A stretch of 64,000 nucleotides of DNA from an uncultured Verrucomicrobiae bacterium. GTDB lineage: Bacteria; Verrucomicrobiota; Verrucomicrobiia; Chthoniobacterales; Chthoniobacteraceae. The stretch covers positions 480,001 to 544,000 of the forward strand of contig CAWHEP010000002.1 in assembly GCA_963828525.1 (NCBI GenBank), given 5' to 3'. Made by a program: the position numbers and the translations under genes. Shown in pieces: positions 59,753-64,000 of this stretch. The notes under the pieces were generated by a model. That model made no database searches and was not told the DNA's origin. It worked only from the letters and a program-made list of their open reading frames with translations. The number at the start of each line of letters is the position of its first letter. Position 1 is the stretch's first letter.

Positions 59753-60944
59753 ATGAAATTTCCGGTTCTGTTTTGCCTGCTCGCCCTGCCTGCCGCGCTT
59801 GCACGCCCAAGCCACCAAGGCCCGCGTGGACGCTCCGCCGGAGATCGCGCCCTCGCCGGCCGCCGTGCCCAAGGCTCCCCCGTGAATCGGCCCAAGCCGA
59901 TCGTCGTCGCCAAACCGAAGTGGGCCGGCCCCGGAAGCCGCGCCCGCGGCGAGCGTGGATGCGCTCAGCGCCGAAGCGGTCAAGAAGGCGCTCTCGGCTT
60001 TGCAGTCGAATTACGTTCCGCCGATTTCCGAGGAGCAGATGAATCGCGCCACCCTGCAGGGCTTGCTGGATTCCCTCAGCCCTTCGGTGAGTCTTTCCGG
60101 CAGCGGCGAAAAGGCCGCACCGGCTGCGCCTTTCTACAGCGAGACCTTACGAAAATCGCGTGGGCTATCTTCGCCTCGGCGCGCTTTCCGACAGAATCTG
60201 CGAGGCCGCAGGTCACGACCCTGCAGGGTTGGCGGACAACGAAGATCGGCGCGGTCATTCTCGATCTCAGGAGCACTCCTCCCAGCAGCGATTTTGGCCC
60301 GGCCTGGCTTCGGCTCGCATTTTTTGCGGCAAGTGGACCTGGCGCTGAAACGAGCAACGGATGCGCAGCTCGGGTACGGAGCGTCGGACGTCGCCTCCTT
60401 TTCGAGGGCCTGGTCGTCGTCTTGGTGGATGGCGATACGGCGCAGGCGGCGGAAGCCGCCGCGGCGGTCCTGCGGCAAATCGGCCAAGGCGATTCTGGTG
60501 GGCGATACCACCGCCGGAAGAGCGTGCCAGTTCACCGATATCCCGCTGGAAAAAGGCATGGTGCTGCATGCCGCCACGGCCCGGGCGAGTCGGTCAATGG
60601 GCACGCGATGACAGGAGGATTGAAGCCGGATATCGCCGAAGATCGCGGAGCATTCTGCAAAGAAGAGATCATGCGGGAAATTACCGCGCACGGGGTGGCG
60701 CGAGCGTGGTGGCGGAGCGCGGCCGGGCGCACCTGAACGAAGCCGCGCTCGTGGCCGGGCGCGACCCGGATATCGACACGCTGGAGGCCGATCAGCAGGC
60801 GTCCCGCCGGCCGGCCGGCGCCACCCATCCCATCGATCGCCAACTGCAGCGGGCGCGTGGATCTGGTGACCTCGATTTCCGTGTTCCAGGCGAAGAGACG
60901 CCGGCTGGCTGCCGATCCGCTCGATTCCGCGAACCACGCAGTAA
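59753..60944 (+). CDS. Exported S41 peptidase-fold protein, catalytic residues substituted; frameshifted, end approximate
   Basis: GYLRLG, VILDLRS, VVLVDGDTAQAAE, ILVGDTTAGR, GLKPDI, DRQLQRA. Confidence 0.75.
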
Positions 60945-62324
60945 CTACGGCGGACTCTGCCGAGGCGGAAGCCGAGAGGACTGGCGCTGGCCGCGGCCGT
61001 GCCCGACACGGTGGCCGAAGGTGATGGAGATGGAGTGGGAGTGGGAGTGGGCGGAGGAGTCGGGGTGGGCGTGGGCGCAGTCAAGTCTTTCCAGGTAAAA
61101 AGCTGCGCGTTATACCCGCCCATCTCCTTGAGGAAGCCATCGATCTTCTCCCGCCAATGCGCGAGATCCGGCGGCCCGAACGGGCGCTCGGCCGTGCCGG
61201 GGAAAACGAGGTAGGTCACCTTCAATTTGCTCTCGGGCGGTTCTCCGAAGTGGCGCAGGCTGTTCATTTGCTGCGCGATCCGCAGCGAGGCTTCTCCCAT
61301 TTTGTTGGCCGGGCCGACATCGCCCACGATGGCGGGATAAATCACGTTCTTGTAAATGACCGCGCAGTAATCGCCCACTCCCGGCGAGAACGGATTCGCT
61401 CTTTTTCCCCGCGACCGACCACGACATGACGACGTAGGGATCGTCCGCGCGCGACCAGGAAGGAATCGGTCTTGAGCTGCTCGATATCCGCCTTCAGCTC
61501 CGCGATCTGGCTTTTCGCCGCTTCCCTTTGCGCGCCGGTTTTCCCGGGCAGCTCGCTTTGCAGCTCGGCGCAGCTTTTCCTCGCGCGGGGCGAGAAATTG
61601 ATTCGGCGTGGCGGTGCGCTTCGGCCAGCGGTAGCTCGTCAGCGGCTGGAAGGTGGGCGAGCTGCCATCGATCAGCGGCACCCGGTCGCTATCCGAACCA
61701 TCGCTGTCCACATCCATGTCGGATTGCAGCCAGAGCGCCTCGCCGCGGCGAGCCGGGCGGCTGCACTTCCAGCACCGTCTCGCAGTCGAAGAAATCGTGG
61801 CGATTCAGGAGCTGATCGAGACGAACCAGGCTCTGCCGCAGCGCCTGCAGCTTGTACCCGTAGAATCGCTCGTACAGCGGGGAAACCTTCGCGGCCCCGA
61901 TCCACTTTGCGAAGGCCGGGAAGACCGCGGGCAGCGCCGGGTTCAGTGCGGCGAGATCGGGCGGCGCCGAGACGGCCTTTGGCACCCGCACGTGCAGGTC
62001 CAGGTGGAGAGTGTAGCTTGCCGGGATCGGCTGCCTCGGCCGTGGCGTTCCGGCCCGGCTCGGCGGAGAAGGAGCTTTGGAACTGGATGCCATTGAAGAG
62101 CCTGCCGGTATCGAGTCTTTTTGTACGGGACGGAGAGCGGCGTGGGCGAAGGCTCCGGCGTCGGGGAGGCCGGCGCCGGGCCGAGGGCGGAGGAGTGGGC
62201 GTCGTCTCTCGGGCGCGGGGCTTGCTTCATCCATATGCTGCGGGGGCGAGCAGGCGGAGAGGCTGAGGCCAGCGCTGCCGAGCACACCGGGCCACCACCG
62301 GCGGCGAGAGGAGCCGCGCATCAT
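60945..62324 (-). CDS. Glycoside hydrolase family 75 (chitosanase-like) lipoprotein with Pro/Thr tail; frameshifted
   Basis: Lipobox LSAC; MDVDSDGS; GDYCAVIY..AIVGDVGP..MGEAS; YLVFPGT; C-terminal PTPTP repeats. Confidence 0.8.
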
Positions 62325-62335
62325 CCCGGCTGCGC

Positions 62336-62655
62336 TCAACGATGCCACGCGAGCAGCGTCAGCACGATGCTGGCGATGCTGAGCAAGGCCATGAGGCCGC
62401 CCGGCACGATGGTTTTCTTGTGAATGAAATCGGGCACGAATTTCCCCGCCAGCAGCACGGAAACGGTGATGCCCATCGTGTAGGCGATCTCCGGGCGGCT
62501 GGGGAGCAGCATGCTGGCGGTCACGAGCAGCGCGCCGGAAATCAGCCCGGCGATGACGGAGACGACGCTCTTCGCCTTCACGTATCCCATGATGCCTCCC
62601 ACCGACCGTCAGGAGCGGCAAAGACGATGTAGTAAATCTTGATCGCGGGCACCAT
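62336..62655 (-). CDS. TMEM14 family small membrane protein
   Basis: GGIMGYVKAKSVVSVIAGLISG..PGGLMALLS. Confidence 0.85.
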
Positions 62656-62668
62656 GGCGGCTCTTTGC

Positions 62669-63527
62669 TTAGCCGACCCGCTCGGTGCTGGCAACTCCGT
62701 CGCGCGCCCGGCTTTCCTGCCGCACCGAGGAGGCGCTCGCATTCAGGCCGAGCCGCAGCAGGAACAGCGGCACCGAGGCCACCAGCGTCATGCCCAGAAA
62801 GACGACCCAGCCCGGGATGATCCGCGCGCGGTCCTGCGCCACCGCCGGCAAGCGCCTCGCGCACCACCTGCGCGGGCGATGACCTTCAGGAACTCCGGCG
62901 CCGCGAAATCGCGCCCGCGCTCGCCCCTGCGCCGGCCACTTCGCTGAATTCGGTATCCACCGGCCCCGGGCAGAGCGCCGTCACGGAGACGCCGGTGCCG
63001 CGCAATTCCGCGCGCAGCGCCTCGGAGAAACTGCTCACGTAGGCCTTCGTGGCCGCGTAGACCGCGAGTTGCGGGATGGGCAGATAGCTGGCCGTGGAGG
63101 AGACATTCAGGATCGCCGAGTGCTCGAAGGCGCGGAGCACCGGCAGCAGGGAATGGGTGAGCTTGGTGAGGGCGGCGATGTTGACATCGAGCATCGCCTG
63201 CACCTTCGGCCAGGCGGAGCTCTCAAACGGCCCGTGATCGCCGAGCCCCGCGTTATTGACCAGGAAGTTGATATTGACCCCTTCATCGGCAAGCCAGCGG
63301 GTGAAGCGGTCGATAGCGGCGCCGTCCGAAAGATCGAGGGCGTAGCAGTAGATATTGAGCTCCGGATGGGAGCGGGCCAGGCCGGCCTTCAGCTCTTCCA
63401 GGCGGTCCATGCGCCGGGCCACCAGGACGAGGGCGCGGGCCTGCGGCGCGAGCTGCCGGGCGAATTCCTGGCCCAGCCCGGAAGAGGCGCCGGTGATGAG
63501 GGCTGTGCAACCTTGGAAGAATGTCAT
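62669..63527 (-). CDS. Short-chain dehydrogenase/reductase; frameshifted near 3' end
   Basis: ALITGASSGLG, VNNAG, NVSS, YAATK, LCPGPVDTEF. Confidence 0.95.
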
Positions 63528-63537
63528 AGCAGGGAGT

Positions 63538-63893
63538 ATGCAGGTGCTCAATCTGGCAGGGCAAACACCGTTTGTGACGAAAGATGGATCGGTTATCCGC
63601 AGCATTCTGGACCGGACGAATGCGCCGGTGCAAAAACAGAGCCTCGCCGAGGCGCGGGTGGACCGCCGGAAAATCGACGCAGCGGCACTACCACCGCGGA
63701 GTGCGAGGAGTTCTACTTCATCCTGGAAGGAAGCGGGCGCATGGAGATCGACGGCGAGACGCGGGAGGTGAAACCGGGCGATGCGATTTTGATCCCGCCC
63801 GGCGCCTGGCACACCATCGCGGCGGCGGAACCGCTGCGCTTCCTCTGCTGCTGCGCGCCGCCCTACTCGCACGAGGATACGTTTTTCGAGTGA
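63538..63893 (+). CDS. Cupin domain protein
   Basis: FVTKDGSVIR, QSLAEA, HYH..EEFYFILEG, PGDAILIPPGAWHTI. Confidence 0.9.
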
Positions 63894-63935
63894 GCAATGT
63901 CGGTCACGGAAGAAGGATTTCCCCTTTAAAACAAC

Positions 63936-64000
63936 ATGGACAAAAGCAATCGAGAACTCGTCGCAAAAGTACCGCAGGTCACTCTTCTCTTCTGGATCAT
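63936..64000 (+). CDS. Start of probable COG4705/DUF347 membrane protein (truncated by window)
   Basis: MDKSNRELVAKVPQVTLLFWI resembles the KVP-VT-FWI N-terminus of this family; only 21 codons visible. Confidence 0.6.
   Translation, partial: MDKSNRELVAKVPQVTLLFWI

Noticed and set aside
61015..61080. GGAGTG/GGCGTG hexamer tract
   Set aside because: It simply encodes the Pro/Thr linker of the GH75 protein.

Overview
High-GC bacterial chromosomal window with about 60 protein-coding genes. It is most likely Verrucomicrobiota (Chthoniobacterales-like). That placement is an inference from the PEP-CTERM proteins, an H-X9-DG prepilin-like protein, an LESRIAPA-leader surface protein, fused secDF, a TMEM14 family gene and a DUF4912 gene. 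Most GC-rich genes, including essential ones (serS, tilS, secDF, ftsK, murJ), are broken by several 1-2 nt indels. I read these as uncorrected long-read errors rather than pseudogenes, so gene ends were reconstructed across frames and some are approximate. The backbone is housekeeping: truA, ruvX, manC, ftsK-rodZ-rimO-murJ, mtnP, yggS, two P-II genes, xerC, hisF, pdeM/lhr, mscL, yajC-secDF, tilS, serS, dsbD-like, scpA and purD. Surface and secreted genes are interleaved with it. I saw no tRNA, rRNA, CRISPR array, transposase or phage gene. The best leads are: (1) a ~230-nt two-domain structured RNA candidate in front of a PEP-CTERM gene pair; (2) a sigma54-type promoter between scpA and purD pointing at a GGA-rich long hairpin with no convincing ORF (candidate sRNA); (3) a compact Cys-motif operon (DUF1573, rhodanese, MauE/DoxX, helical protein, prepilin-like protein, ABC transporter); (4) an S41 protease homologue lacking both catalytic residues; (5) three different small palindromic repeat types.
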